Source: a virus. From it: a stretch of DNA of 41,175 nucleotides. The DNA is taken from positions 1 through 41,175 of IMG/VR virus record IMGVR_UViG_3300002168_000007. One strand, 5' to 3'. Below are positions 21,746 through 31,744 of this stretch, piece after piece. Every line of letters begins with the position of its first letter. Within the stretch, counting starts at the first letter, position 1. Under the pieces are notes generated by a model. It was not told the DNA's origin. It searched no databases and saw only the letters and a program-made list of their open reading frames with translations. The translations under genes and the position numbers were made by a program.

Positions 21746-24350
21746 TTTTGATTACCTCACTTTCTATATCTATAATATTTTCTTTAGTATTTATTACTTC
21801 TGTTAGTCTTACATCTTCATAGTCTTTTTGTTTTGCTTTTATTTCAAAAGAAAATTCCAAGTTAGGGTTTTCACTTTCTACTATAAAATAATCTTCATGT
21901 AATTCACTAACCCATATATCACCACGACCATATTTTGATAAAAATACATGATAATCTTCTTTAGTGTTAACAGTTTCAAGAAAAATAGGGTCTAAATGTA
22001 TTTCTACTTTACATTTTTCCCTTGTATTGCTTTTGCCAATATCACCAAAATAACATTCTGTCGTTTCATAGGCACTTAAACGCCTATCTCCGTAGTGTTC
22101 TGTGGTTACCAATCTATTCTTAGTACCTCTTGCATCAAATGAGCCATAGCAAGTAACAGCACCGCTAAAATCTACATTACTGCCTTCCGAAATTGAATCA
22201 TTTCGGTGCATCGAAAAGCTTGCTACATAACTACCGTCCTTTTCATAAGAGAATCGCATTTCATTGTCATAATTACAGGCTATAAGCATATTGTTATTGG
22301 TAGAGCCTAATACCTTCCCACATACTGTATCACCGTTGTAAAACGTTGATTGACCTTTGACATCTATGTTATTTTTAACTGTTACAACTCCCCACATATC
22401 TACATTACAACCACCAACAACAGTATCATTTCTATGAATTAATAAAGCACTATAGTAAGTGCCATCTTTTAAATAATCTAAACATACAGAATTCGTTTCT
22501 CCACAACCAATTACTAAATTATTGCTTGTTGTACTGCCATACACAGTTCCTATTACTGTGTTTCTATCATTTTTTGTAAAATTAATCGCTTTACGCATTT
22601 CGAGTGGATTGTAATGACATACATCTGCAAAGAAGTCCGTTGTTTCTAATATACTGATTGGATAACCGTATGTACTATCAACATTATATTTATCAAACTG
22701 AATATAAGGATGATATAAACCATCGTCTGGATTGTAATATTCAATATTTAAAAAAGAATAATCTCTATGACCTAAAACCATAGACTTTTGAGTTGGGTTT
22801 TCTGCCCTTTGTAAACTAAATAAACCGCCTATAACTCTTGTCCCTTCATTATCGTAAAAAGTAAGTTTATTTTTATCTATTTGCATAGACTTTTGATTAT
22901 CGATAAAGAATTCCATACCATTTGTTCCACCCAAGTCCATTACAAAACTTCTGTCAACATTTTGTATTTTAATAACACTAAGAATTCCGGTACGAATAAG
23001 ACTAGCATTAATTACACCATCTATAGTAAATCCATATTCATATGATCCATAATGCCCATCTTGAGAAAAAGCTAAGCCATTTCTATTAATCCTTACAACA
23101 TTAATTGCCTTAGTTATATCTTTATTATCCATTACTAGAATTTCATTCTGCCTATATACCACATAAGAATCGCTAATACCGGCTTTAATAAGGCTATCTA
23201 TGTAAGAAGCTATATTATTACCTTTATTAGCGTATTGTTCTTTTAGGTCTGCTATTATTTGTTGGCTCGACATAGGTTTAACAATAATAGTATTTGATAA
23301 TGTTATTTCTTCTGTTCTTTGCAACATAACATTATATTTTTTACTTATAGCCCTAACATATATGTTTTGATTTAATCGTGGGATATAAACTCTTATTGTA
23401 TCACCTAGATAGCAAGTTTCTGCAACTTGATAATTTTCATATTCTTTAGTTTTGGCTAATTGTACGAAATTAACGTTGTAAGTTGCTTGTATTTTATCTA
23501 TATTACTATCACTAAACTCTAAAGCTATTCTTCTATCAAGTTCGGCTATTGCTTCGGCTTCAGTATCGTAGCCTTCATCAGAATTTTCATCTTTAACTTT
23601 AACATCATCATACTTAATAACATTACTATAAGTTTTTGCATAAGAATTAATTAAAGGGCTTTCTATCCAGTTACCTAATATTCCATTGTAGCCTTGTCCC
23701 CTTGCTCTAGTGACCAAATTATCGATATTAGAACTACCTTCAAACCCAGTAAGGTTTTTACCTTCTCGAATTGTAAAACCTCTTTCAGAACCGATTTTAT
23801 CGTTTATAGTTATATTGTAAGCGCGTCTTTGTATTTCTCCTCCCCAACGTGTAAGAAAAGAATTATCTTCAGTGCCTTGTATTGCTTCGTATACTGTTTT
23901 TCTAACGTAGTATGCTGTAGAAGTTCTAGTGATATCAGAGGTAACAGTAATATCTTCTTTGCCTTTACCCACTGAACTACTAATCATATATGTTAATGCA
24001 CTTAGACCGTTTTGTTCTGTTGGTCTAATATCATCTAAGAATAATGTCATAGTATCGCTTATTGTTATTTGTCTTGCAACTACATCTATATATCTTGTCC
24101 CTACTGTTACTTTGCTTATTCTAAATATTTCTTTACCATAGTCTTCTTGTACTTTTAATATAGCTTCTTCTACTAATAAATCTGTTATATCATCTTTAAT
24201 AATGAATCTTGCATCTAATGTATAACTACTAAAATCTTCTTCGGTGCTACAAGATACACAATAGTTGTCTAATGTTTTACCGTTAAACATCAGTACATTA
24301 GCCTTAGGCTCATTTGAGGGGAAATAGCTTATTTTTATTTGTTTTTTCAC
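21717..24350 (-). CDS. Tail-associated lysin-like protein (Tal / prophage tail endopeptidase family)
   Basis: Size and position after Dit. N-terminal region typical of siphovirus Tal. Internal duplication of about 60 aa near aa 600-750 (GSTTSNNLVIGCG... / GSTNNNMLIACN...). Confidence 0.7.
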   Translation of the reverse strand: MKKQIKISYFPSNEPKANVLMFNGKTLDNYCVSCSTEEDFSSYTLDARFIIKDDITDLLVEEAILKVQEDYGKEIFRISKVTVGTRYIDVVARQITISDTMTLFLDDIRPTEQNGLSALTYMISSSVGKGKEDITVTSDITRTSTAYYVRKTVYEAIQGTEDNSFLTRWGGEIQRRAYNITINDKIGSERGFTIREGKNLTGFEGSSNIDNLVTRARGQGYNGILGNWIESPLINSYAKTYSNVIKYDDVKVKDENSDEGYDTEAEAIAELDRRIALEFSDSNIDKIQATYNVNFVQLAKTKEYENYQVAETCYLGDTIRVYIPRLNQNIYVRAISKKYNVMLQRTEEITLSNTIIVKPMSSQQIIADLKEQYANKGNNIASYIDSLIKAGISDSYVVYRQNEILVMDNKDITKAINVVRINRNGLAFSQDGHYGSYEYGFTIDGVINASLIRTGILSVIKIQNVDRSFVMDLGGTNGMEFFIDNQKSMQIDKNKLTFYDNEGTRVIGGLFSLQRAENPTQKSMVLGHRDYSFLNIEYYNPDDGLYHPYIQFDKYNVDSTYGYPISILETTDFFADVCHYNPLEMRKAINFTKNDRNTVIGTVYGSTTSNNLVIGCGETNSVCLDYLKDGTYYSALLIHRNDTVVGGCNVDMWGVVTVKNNIDVKGQSTFYNGDTVCGKVLGSTNNNMLIACNYDNEMRFSYEKDGSYVASFSMHRNDSISEGSNVDFSGAVTCYGSFDARGTKNRLVTTEHYGDRRLSAYETTECYFGDIGKSNTREKCKVEIHLDPIFLETVNTKEDYHVFLSKYGRGDIWVSELHEDYFIVESENPNLEFSFEIKAKQKDYEDVRLTEVINTKENIIDIESEVIKIDKSTNIER

Positions 24351-24360
24351 ATTATCCCTC

Positions 24361-25077
24361 CTATAAGTAAGTTTCTCTATAAATTATTTCTGTTTTTGTT
24401 ACTGAACCAACTAATGAAAAAATATTATTACCTGAATCTAATTTAATATAATTCCCTATTGTATCCCAGTCTTTAGATTGACCATTACTATTAACACATT
24501 CCATGTTTTTACTATCTAACAATACATAATTATTAACGTTATTAATTTGCATTGTTTCTCCGTTATTAGTAATTTGAATATTGCCAGTTCCATAAACTTT
24601 AATTATCGTATCTGCTGCATAACTGCCAGTATTATAAACATTAAAGTTTTTACTTGTAGTAGTAAATGTAGTTTCTTCACAATTATATAAAAAAGGATCA
24701 ACTATAAAAGAAAGTTCTACTTCACCTAAGTTAATCGCTGTTTGTTTAAAACTTGTTAATATTACTTTTTTAACTAGATAACATTTATCGTTGTTAAATA
24801 TTAATCTATTATCATTAACGTTATTTAACCATTGTTTAATTTCATAAAGTTTTTCGTTTAAGTTACTTCCTCTTAAATCAAAAGAAAATTCTAATGTTCT
24901 GTCTTTGTAGTAACCTAAATCTATATACAAACTACCATTTCTACCCTCAACCTCTTGCTGTTCGTATACTTCATTATTTAATTCAATCTCTGGATAATCT
25001 GTAATATACAAATTCATATCTAAATTACTATTATTGTTAAAGTACAAAACTCCTTGTCTTATAGGTAAATCTATCAA
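24361..25077 (-). CDS. Distal tail protein (Dit), TTG start
   Basis: 238 aa, located between the TMP region and Tal. GAGGTG SD lies 5 nt upstream of the TTG. Confidence 0.65.
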   Translation of the reverse strand: MIDLPIRQGVLYFNNNSNLDMNLYITDYPEIELNNEVYEQQEVEGRNGSLYIDLGYYKDRTLEFSFDLRGSNLNEKLYEIKQWLNNVNDNRLIFNNDKCYLVKKVILTSFKQTAINLGEVELSFIVDPFLYNCEETTFTTTSKNFNVYNTGSYAADTIIKVYGTGNIQITNNGETMQINNVNNYVLLDSKNMECVNSNGQSKDWDTIGNYIKLDSGNNIFSLVGSVTKTEIIYRETYL

Positions 25078-25098
25078 ATTATCACCTCACTTTTTGCA

Positions 25099-25127
25099 TA
25101 AAAAAAGAACTAGTAAAAACTAGTTCT
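25099..25127 (-). terminator. Strong intrinsic terminator after the tail-module moron
   Basis: Minus strand: AGAACTAGT-tttt-ACTAGTTCT followed by a T-run (TTTTTTATG). Confidence 0.8.
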
Positions 25128-25614
25128 ATAAATACACTTCTTTATATTCATATTCGCATTCTTTTTTGATTTTTGAATTCAGTTCTTTTAAAAATTTATT
25201 CCAACCTGAACTACCTTCAAGTACTTGAAAATTCAAAACTTTTATTTCTCCATCACTAGATTTGTAATTAATAACTGCAAAGAAATCATAATCAGTCTTT
25301 TCTTTATCATTTATTGCACTCATACCACCAATTATTGCTCCTAGTTGTCCAAGAAGAATTCCACCAATCATTGCTCTACCTGCAACACTTTTTCTTTTTC
25401 TTATTATTTCTTCTTTACTAAAATAATTTACTGCTATTATTTGATTGTAATTCAGATGTATAACTGGCTTTTTATCAAGTATAACGTTTATATCCAAACA
25501 TTCTTTTTCATCATCTAAAGTTAATTTAACTATAGAATTTCTAGCATATTGATTTATCCCATCAAGGTATCTTAATTTTACACTTGTGTTCTTATTTCCT
25601 TTTTTAAAAAACAT
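25126..25614 (-). CDS. Membrane protein moron inserted between TMP and Dit (162 aa). Candidate superinfection-exclusion factor.
   Basis: Central glycine-zipper TM segment GRAMIGGILLGQLGAIIGGMS flanked by two soluble halves. Has its own terminator. Not part of the conserved tail gene order. Confidence 0.6.
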   Translation of the reverse strand: MFFKKGNKNTSVKLRYLDGINQYARNSIVKLTLDDEKECLDINVILDKKPVIHLNYNQIIAVNYFSKEEIIRKRKSVAGRAMIGGILLGQLGAIIGGMSAINDKEKTDYDFFAVINYKSSDGEIKVLNFQVLEGSSGWNKFLKELNSKIKKECEYEYKEVYL

Positions 25615-25652
25615 AACCCCAACCCCTAAAAACTTATATTATTACAATTATT

Positions 25653-27953
25653 TTACCGCCCTAAAGCATAATTGTCAAACTCTGATTGATAAGGAGAAAT
25701 TGAACGAGCAACCTCTCTTCCATCTATATCTATATGGTTTTGTATAACATTATTAACGTTTGGAGTAGGATTATTAATTACATTGTTAACATAGTTACTA
25801 CCTATATTCTTCATTCCTATACCTAAAGAATTGTTATTTACTGCATTTTGTAGCTTAGTATAATAATCTTTTAAGTTTGCCATTGTATCTTTAGTTAATT
25901 TAGGCATAGCATCTTCTACACCATTTCCAATACCTGGAGGTATAAAATAACCAATTTCCTTTTCGGCAACGACACTAGGGCTATGTATGCCAAGTCCTTC
26001 CTTAAATCCATCTACAATAGAACCACAAACACTAGATATTTTATTTTTTAACCAACTTATAGAACCTGTAATACCTTTCCATATACCTTGTACTATATTC
26101 TTGCCTATAGAAACCATTTGTGATGGTATACTCTTCATTGTATTAACTAAAGTGTCTTTAAATTGTTGACCTGCCTCTCTAGCTTTAAGAATCATATTAC
26201 CTACAAATTCCGCTACTTTCATTATTGTATTAGATAACCATTCTGCAACTCTACCTGGTAATTGTCTAAAGAAATTAATTACACTCTCTAAGAAGCTCTT
26301 CCCAAGCTCTATAGCTTTGTTAATCATTTGTTCTCGCCACTCAATTACTTTTGTTACAGTATTGACTAACCATTCCCATACACGACCTGGTAACTGCATG
26401 AACCATTCTATTACGTTGTTTATAATTTCTGGCACTGTAACTCTAATAAACTCTTGTACTTGCAACCAAATATTAACTATCTTTCCTAGCATAAGTCCTA
26501 AGAAATAACCTATTCGTTCTGGCAATGTTGCATAAAAATTTATTACATTAGTTATTATAGTTTTAACACCTTCAACCATTGTAGTAAATACATTACTAAT
26601 CCATGTTGTAATATTAGTCCATGTTTGACTTAAGAATTCTCCAATCCTTGTTGGTAGCTGTGCAAACCAGTTTATAACGTTGCTAATTATTTGTGGTATA
26701 GTGTTAGTGAAGAAATCGGCTATTGCCGTCCATACTACATCAAATACTGCTTTTATCGCGTTCCATGCTGCGGTTACTTTTTCTCTAAACGTATCACTTG
26801 TATTCCATAATGTTATAAATGCTACTACAAGACCTGCTATTAAAGCTACCACAAGCCCAATAGGATTAGCCATCATAACAACATTTAATAATTTCTGTGC
26901 TAATGTAAGTCCTGTTGTTGCTACTTGCCATGCTTTATATGCTTTAACTATAGCTGTTACTATTGTGTAAGTTTTAATCACTGTTAACAATGATAAGAAT
27001 AAAGCTGTAATTTGGGGTAAGTTACTTAAGAACCATGTTAATCCGTTAATTAGTGAAGGTAGGTATGTAACTACTAGATCAAGTAATTTAAGTGCTAGTT
27101 CTCCTAACGTTTCAGCTAAAGATGTAATAGAAGCTTGTACCTCTGGATTGTCTAAAGCTGTTTTTAATGAGTTACCTAGTTCATTAACTTTAACCATGAC
27201 ATTTTGTGCTATTGGATATAATAAGTCACCTAGTTTTTGGGCTATTTCTTGAATTGTAACTTGTGCTGTTCTGGTGCTGTTTGCCAATTGGTCGCTTGTC
27301 CTCGCGAAATCGCCTTGTGCATCTGCTGTTTGTGCCATTAAGTATTGATATCTTAGTGTTGTTTGTTCAGCTTGTGACATAGAGTTCCATGTTTTATCAA
27401 TACCTTGTGATAATGCGAATGCCTCCATATTAGCAACTGACATATTGATGCCGAGGGAACGTAACGGTTCAGTCTCCCCTGAAATTCCCGCACGAATTTT
27501 TTCAAATGTTTCCTCATGTGACAAATTATAAAAAGAACTCATATCCGCTGTTAATTCTGCCATGGCCATGGACATTTCTAAACTTGCTTCTGTAGTAAGC
27601 CCTGAACTTTTTAACATAGCACCTAAAGTAGATGAATATTTCTTAGCTTGTAATTCTGATAATCCAAAACTTTCCTTTGTAGTCTTAGCCCAATCATTAA
27701 TGGTATTTGCTCCTTCTCCGAATGTGACATCCACCACATTTTGTATCTCGGCAAGATCACTAGCAACTCCAATAGACTTTAATCCTAATGCACCTAAAGC
27801 ACCAGTAGCAACTGTAACCCCTTTTGCCGCTGTCTTAGCTATAGAACTTATTTTACTACCTACTTTTTCTAAACTACCTTCTAATTGTTTTACACCTTTT
27901 TCCGCACCACTCTGGTCTATATCAGTTTCAATGATGATTTTACCATCTGCCAT
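25653..27953 (-). CDS. Tape measure protein
   Basis: 766 aa. N-terminal TMP-type region, central hydrophobic helices, four ~44-aa W/F-rich repeats. Follows the chaperone genes. Confidence 0.9.
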   Translation of the reverse strand: MADGKIIIETDIDQSGAEKGVKQLEGSLEKVGSKISSIAKTAAKGVTVATGALGALGLKSIGVASDLAEIQNVVDVTFGEGANTINDWAKTTKESFGLSELQAKKYSSTLGAMLKSSGLTTEASLEMSMAMAELTADMSSFYNLSHEETFEKIRAGISGETEPLRSLGINMSVANMEAFALSQGIDKTWNSMSQAEQTTLRYQYLMAQTADAQGDFARTSDQLANSTRTAQVTIQEIAQKLGDLLYPIAQNVMVKVNELGNSLKTALDNPEVQASITSLAETLGELALKLLDLVVTYLPSLINGLTWFLSNLPQITALFLSLLTVIKTYTIVTAIVKAYKAWQVATTGLTLAQKLLNVVMMANPIGLVVALIAGLVVAFITLWNTSDTFREKVTAAWNAIKAVFDVVWTAIADFFTNTIPQIISNVINWFAQLPTRIGEFLSQTWTNITTWISNVFTTMVEGVKTIITNVINFYATLPERIGYFLGLMLGKIVNIWLQVQEFIRVTVPEIINNVIEWFMQLPGRVWEWLVNTVTKVIEWREQMINKAIELGKSFLESVINFFRQLPGRVAEWLSNTIMKVAEFVGNMILKAREAGQQFKDTLVNTMKSIPSQMVSIGKNIVQGIWKGITGSISWLKNKISSVCGSIVDGFKEGLGIHSPSVVAEKEIGYFIPPGIGNGVEDAMPKLTKDTMANLKDYYTKLQNAVNNNSLGIGMKNIGSNYVNNVINNPTPNVNNVIQNHIDIDGREVARSISPYQSEFDNYALGR

Positions 27954-27960
27954 AATCTAT

Positions 27961-28548
27961 TCACCCCCATTCTGCACGTTTTTTATTTAATAACTCTTGT
28001 TCTTCTTTACTAATCCTATCTTCTAAACTGTAGTATTTCTGTAAATCCGCATACATTTTACGTTCTTTTTTATCCTCAATAGATGTTAAATCAATAGTTC
28101 TGTAATTCATAATCTTAACTATTTCATTGTCATCTTTAAGGCTATTAAATAGCGCCATGAATTCCCACCAGTGAAGATTTTCTTTATTGAGGTTAATATT
28201 ATACTGTGACATAAAAGCTGTGAATATAAGGTCACTATCGGTCTCAAAATCATATGCTCTTTTATTGTTTCTTTTAAATATTCTCTTGCCTTGTTTAACT
28301 TTTTTGTTATCTTCTTCAATATTACCCCTAGAATAGAACCAATAAATTTTATTTATAGCTTCTTCTACGTTATCTGGTATTATAGGATAATAAAGTTTTA
28401 AAGCACCTAATAATTTCTCTTCTTCTGATAAACTATCATCTTGCATCATAAGGGCAAAAATAATAGAAGTACGAAAATCGCTATGAATTTCATACTTCTT
28501 TTTATCAATCTCTATGGTAGTAGGTAAATAGTCAATTAATATATTCAT
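27961..28548 (-). CDS. Gp15-family phage protein (second tail-chaperone-position gene)
   Basis: MNILIDYLPTTIEIDKKKYEIHSDFRTSIIF resembles the bacteriophage Gp15 family. ATGA overlap with the upstream gene. Confidence 0.6.
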   Translation of the reverse strand: MNILIDYLPTTIEIDKKKYEIHSDFRTSIIFALMMQDDSLSEEEKLLGALKLYYPIIPDNVEEAINKIYWFYSRGNIEEDNKKVKQGKRIFKRNNKRAYDFETDSDLIFTAFMSQYNINLNKENLHWWEFMALFNSLKDDNEIVKIMNYRTIDLTSIEDKKERKMYADLQKYYSLEDRISKEEQELLNKKRAEWG

Positions 28549-28883
28549 CTTCTTCTATTTACATGCTTGTTTATTGCTTCAAATTCTTTTTCATAACTTT
28601 TATTAGATGCTTCTATATATAAGAATAGTTCATCAACCGCTTTAGTACATTTTAATAGATTAGTTTTATTACCAAATATCTTTTTATCTGTACCATCACC
28701 AAATAGTCCGTTAAACAAATCAAATACTATTTCACAATGATATCTAATTAATTCAGATGTTTTATTAAACTCTGGTTTATCTTGTAACTTATTATTGTAT
28801 TCATCTTGTAATTCTTCAAATCTCTCCATGACTTCCGCGTCCATGAAATCTAAATCTTGTAATTCTACATTATTAATTTTCAT
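28545..28883 (-). CDS. Tail assembly chaperone (by position)
   Basis: 112-aa acidic protein between the major tail protein and the Gp15-like/TMP genes. Confidence 0.55.
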   Translation of the reverse strand: MKINNVELQDLDFMDAEVMERFEELQDEYNNKLQDKPEFNKTSELIRYHCEIVFDLFNGLFGDGTDKKIFGNKTNLLKCTKAVDELFLYIEASNKSYEKEFEAINKHVNRRR

Positions 28884-28905
28884 TTTACCTACTTCCTTTC
28901 ATTAA

Positions 28906-29394
28906 TTAGTCTGCTGTAAATGTCTTAGTTGTTGGATCAAATTCCCCTTGTGTCCAGTCAGTAACACCTTTAAACGAACCTGTGAATTGTAATTCTCCAT
29001 CTTCGTCATTTAGTTCATCAATAACTACAACTACCTTTCTTTCTCTAGCCTTGTAAGTTCCGTCAGTTGCTCCTGGAGCTTCTGTATCTACAATGCAATA
29101 ATCATAAATACAATCATCTCCAACTAATTCTTGTTCTGCTATCTTCTTTATAGCTTGTATAGCTGCTTCACTTTCTATAACATCAGCTGTAAAAGAACTC
29201 TCCCATTCATAAGATGTGATATTAGATGTTGCACTCTTTTGATGAATGTATCTTTTTGAAGTTGTTACTGGTGAAAAGCTTTCATTTAATTCTGAAAACC
29301 CCATCGTTAATCTTTCATAAGCATCATCAGCTGATGTTGCACCCTTTATTTTTAAGTAGTTTGCTACTACGTGTCTTGATTTTACACCACTCAT
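28906..29394 (-). CDS. Major tail protein
   Basis: 162 aa. Lies directly after the head-tail joining genes and before the chaperones. No sheath gene is present. Confidence 0.7.
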   Translation of the reverse strand: MSGVKSRHVVANYLKIKGATSADDAYERLTMGFSELNESFSPVTTSKRYIHQKSATSNITSYEWESSFTADVIESEAAIQAIKKIAEQELVGDDCIYDYCIVDTEAPGATDGTYKARERKVVVVIDELNDEDGELQFTGSFKGVTDWTQGEFDPTTKTFTAD

Positions 29395-29399
29395 TTTAT

Positions 29400-29822
29400 C
29401 TACTTCCTTTCTTTTAAATAAATTAAGTTAAGTTGTATTTGATAAATTGATTTATCTTCCTCTGTAGAAATAATATAAGGACTAGAAATTACTCTTATTT
29501 GAGTAGCTTCTAATCCTTCTTCTAAAGTAGGAAATATTCCATTGTTATTATTATTTTCTATCCAGTTAGAAAACTCCTCATAGAAGTTACTGTTATCAAT
29601 ATTGCATATTACATCAGCCGAATAAGGCTCTTTAGATGTAAATACAAACTGACATTGTTTTAACATTGAACCATCTATGTATCTTTTTAATACTGGATCG
29701 CAAGGAGTTTCCTCGATAGAAAAACTATCAAAATCATCTTCAAGATAATTAACATTAACATTGTATTCTTTTAAAGCAGGACAATTATTTATATATTCTT
29801 TTATTGCTTCTATAACTTTCAT
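29400..29822 (-). CDS. Head-tail joining / tail completion protein (minor-capsid-protein-3-like position)
   Basis: Synteny. ATGA overlap with the upstream gene. Confidence 0.55.
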   Translation of the reverse strand: MKVIEAIKEYINNCPALKEYNVNVNYLEDDFDSFSIEETPCDPVLKRYIDGSMLKQCQFVFTSKEPYSADVICNIDNSNFYEEFSNWIENNNNNGIFPTLEEGLEATQIRVISSPYIISTEEDKSIYQIQLNLIYLKERK

Positions 29823-30178
29823 TTCTTTCTTCCTCCTACAAAATTAGCAACTGATTGTACTATTTCATTACCGTGCTGTGTCCACATTCTTTTATCCCAT
29901 AATTTCCCACGTGTTCCGCCTAAACTTGTACCTTGCTTTCCCATTCCTTTATTAGAATAGTACTGAAGCTTAGCATAGGGCGCTGAAAATATAATTTGTT
30001 TTGTTTTTATTGTTACATCTATATCTTTTAACCGTCCAGTGTCATAAGGTACAAAATTATTCATCTTAGCGGCGCATTGTTTAGTAAAATATTGTTGTGC
30101 TTTACCGTCCTTATTCAAATACCTGCGTAATAAAATCTTTTGTGTTTTATCCATCTGTATCTTAACTGTATTACTCAT
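29819..30178 (-). CDS. Head-tail joining protein (minor-capsid-protein-2-like position)
   Basis: Synteny. Start and stop are coupled with neighbours. Confidence 0.55.
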   Translation of the reverse strand: MSNTVKIQMDKTQKILLRRYLNKDGKAQQYFTKQCAAKMNNFVPYDTGRLKDIDVTIKTKQIIFSAPYAKLQYYSNKGMGKQGTSLGGTRGKLWDKRMWTQHGNEIVQSVANFVGGRKK

Positions 30179-30498
30179 TATTTACACTCAATTTCCAATT
30201 TGTTAAATAGTTTTTGTGGTCTTACAGCTACGACCACCAACGGATTATATTTTTTAAGAAAATTGCTAACATTGAAATTATCTAAATCAACATCAACATC
30301 TCCTTTAATAATATAATCTCCAACATCTAAGACATTATTAAACGGGCTATAAATCATTGTGGTATCAACAATATTTACTACTTTGCCGCTAATACTAAAA
30401 TTTCTATTAGCTTGTACGTTACATCTATTTAATTTAAATGTAGAATAGCTTTTATCGGCTCCTACGTGGACTATGGTAATAGTTTCTTTACCAAACAT
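30178..30498 (-). CDS. Head-tail joining protein (head closure position)
   Basis: Synteny. Overlapping start and stop. Confidence 0.55.
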   Translation of the reverse strand: MFGKETITIVHVGADKSYSTFKLNRCNVQANRNFSISGKVVNIVDTTMIYSPFNNVLDVGDYIIKGDVDVDLDNFNVSNFLKKYNPLVVVAVRPQKLFNKLEIECK

Positions 30499-30772
30499 AA
30501 AAACACACCTTCTTAGGTAAAAGTGCCAGTATATCGGCTGTTATGAGGTTAGAAGAATTATAACCAGCTTCAAAACTTATTGATTGATTACCTTCAGTTA
30601 TAGAAGTTGCTCCTGCCAATGAATTATTATACATATTCCCCATTTTATTTGATAGCAAATTTACAGCAATTCCAAAATTAGTTCTTATATATTCTTTTGT
30701 ATATTCTCCGTTATAGTAATTAAAGATGGCTAGTACAGCCATCTCATTCAATTCAGTATCAGTAAAAGCCAT
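30488..30772 (-). CDS. Head-tail connector/adaptor protein
   Basis: 94 aa, immediately after the major capsid gene. Confidence 0.55.
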   Translation of the reverse strand: MAFTDTELNEMAVLAIFNYYNGEYTKEYIRTNFGIAVNLLSNKMGNMYNNSLAGATSITEGNQSISFEAGYNSSNLITADILALLPKKVCFYVW

Positions 30773-30784
30773 CTAATCACTCCC

Positions 30785-31711
30785 TTATTTTGCATCTTTT
30801 ATATTAACATAAAGTCCCTTTTGCTTGTTATCTAGTACCCAAATGTCATGGAACTTTCTGTAATCCATAGCCCATGCTCTAGCCTTTTGGTTAACTTCTG
30901 GTGTAAATATTCTCATGTTGTCAGTCTTTTGAACTGCGATAGGTACTTCTCTAGCAACAATTAAGAAGTTTATATCCTTACCATCTGTAGCCTTAGTGAA
31001 TCCACCTGCTTCTTGTCCTGATGTCTTACCATCATTTAAAGTTAATTTTGTTTTCATACAAGCATCTATAACTGGTACTAGTGGAACTCCATCGATAGAA
31101 GGAACTCTTGTATCTACACCATTTACTGCAAATGTTGCAGCTGCTAATTTTTCTCCATAATATTGGGAAACTAAAGCTTGTACATCATATGTAACATAAC
31201 ATACTAAATTACCAGTAAATCCTTCTTTTCTTAATTGTTGAATACCAACTTTGATTTTATCAACTATAGTAGTCTTTGCTGGAGTGTAGTCATATTCTGC
31301 TTGTGTATCTCCATCAACTCCCATAGCTATTTGAGACAATTTTGCTATTCTAATAGCATCAATCTCTGGCACTACCTTAGTTCTTTGGAATTCTCCCATC
31401 ACAGTTGAAGCTGTTACTACAAAATTAGTTTCATCAACGTATAATTCATCAAATGAGAAAGCTCTACCTCTGTCATATTCCATTTTTCTTGTTTCGTATT
31501 CGAATGTAATTCCACCAGATGCGAAACCGTCAGTTCTGTCATAGTTTCCTAAACCGTCCATATCTAGCTTAGGGATCTTAACTTCTGCCCCACCTTTATA
31601 AATTACTTGGGATGCATTTCCTTCCATCCACCCAGTCAATGCTCCTTGTGCTGCTGCTTTATCTAAATTCTTTTGAAATAATGTTGCTGTTGCAATAGTA
31701 TTAATTGCCAT
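30785..31711 (-). CDS. Major capsid protein
   Basis: 308 aa, directly after the scaffold gene. N-terminal MAINTIATATLFQKNLDKAA... is typical of pac-type Firmicute siphovirus capsid proteins. Confidence 0.85.
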   Translation of the reverse strand: MAINTIATATLFQKNLDKAAAQGALTGWMEGNASQVIYKGGAEVKIPKLDMDGLGNYDRTDGFASGGITFEYETRKMEYDRGRAFSFDELYVDETNFVVTASTVMGEFQRTKVVPEIDAIRIAKLSQIAMGVDGDTQAEYDYTPAKTTIVDKIKVGIQQLRKEGFTGNLVCYVTYDVQALVSQYYGEKLAAATFAVNGVDTRVPSIDGVPLVPVIDACMKTKLTLNDGKTSGQEAGGFTKATDGKDINFLIVAREVPIAVQKTDNMRIFTPEVNQKARAWAMDYRKFHDIWVLDNKQKGLYVNIKDAK

Positions 31712-31744
31712 AAAATATCACTCTCTTTCTTTTTTATAAATTAG

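Noticed and set aside
28119-28319. Nested 66-aa ORF inside the Gp15-like gene
   Set aside because: It is an out-of-frame overlap wholly inside a supported gene, with no SD.
28545-28560. Programmed -1 frameshift joining the tail chaperone ORF to the downstream ORF (a G/GT-type arrangement)
   Set aside because: No slippery heptamer is visible near the end of 28545..28883. The downstream ORF has its own ATG in an ATGA overlap and resembles an independent Gp15-family protein.
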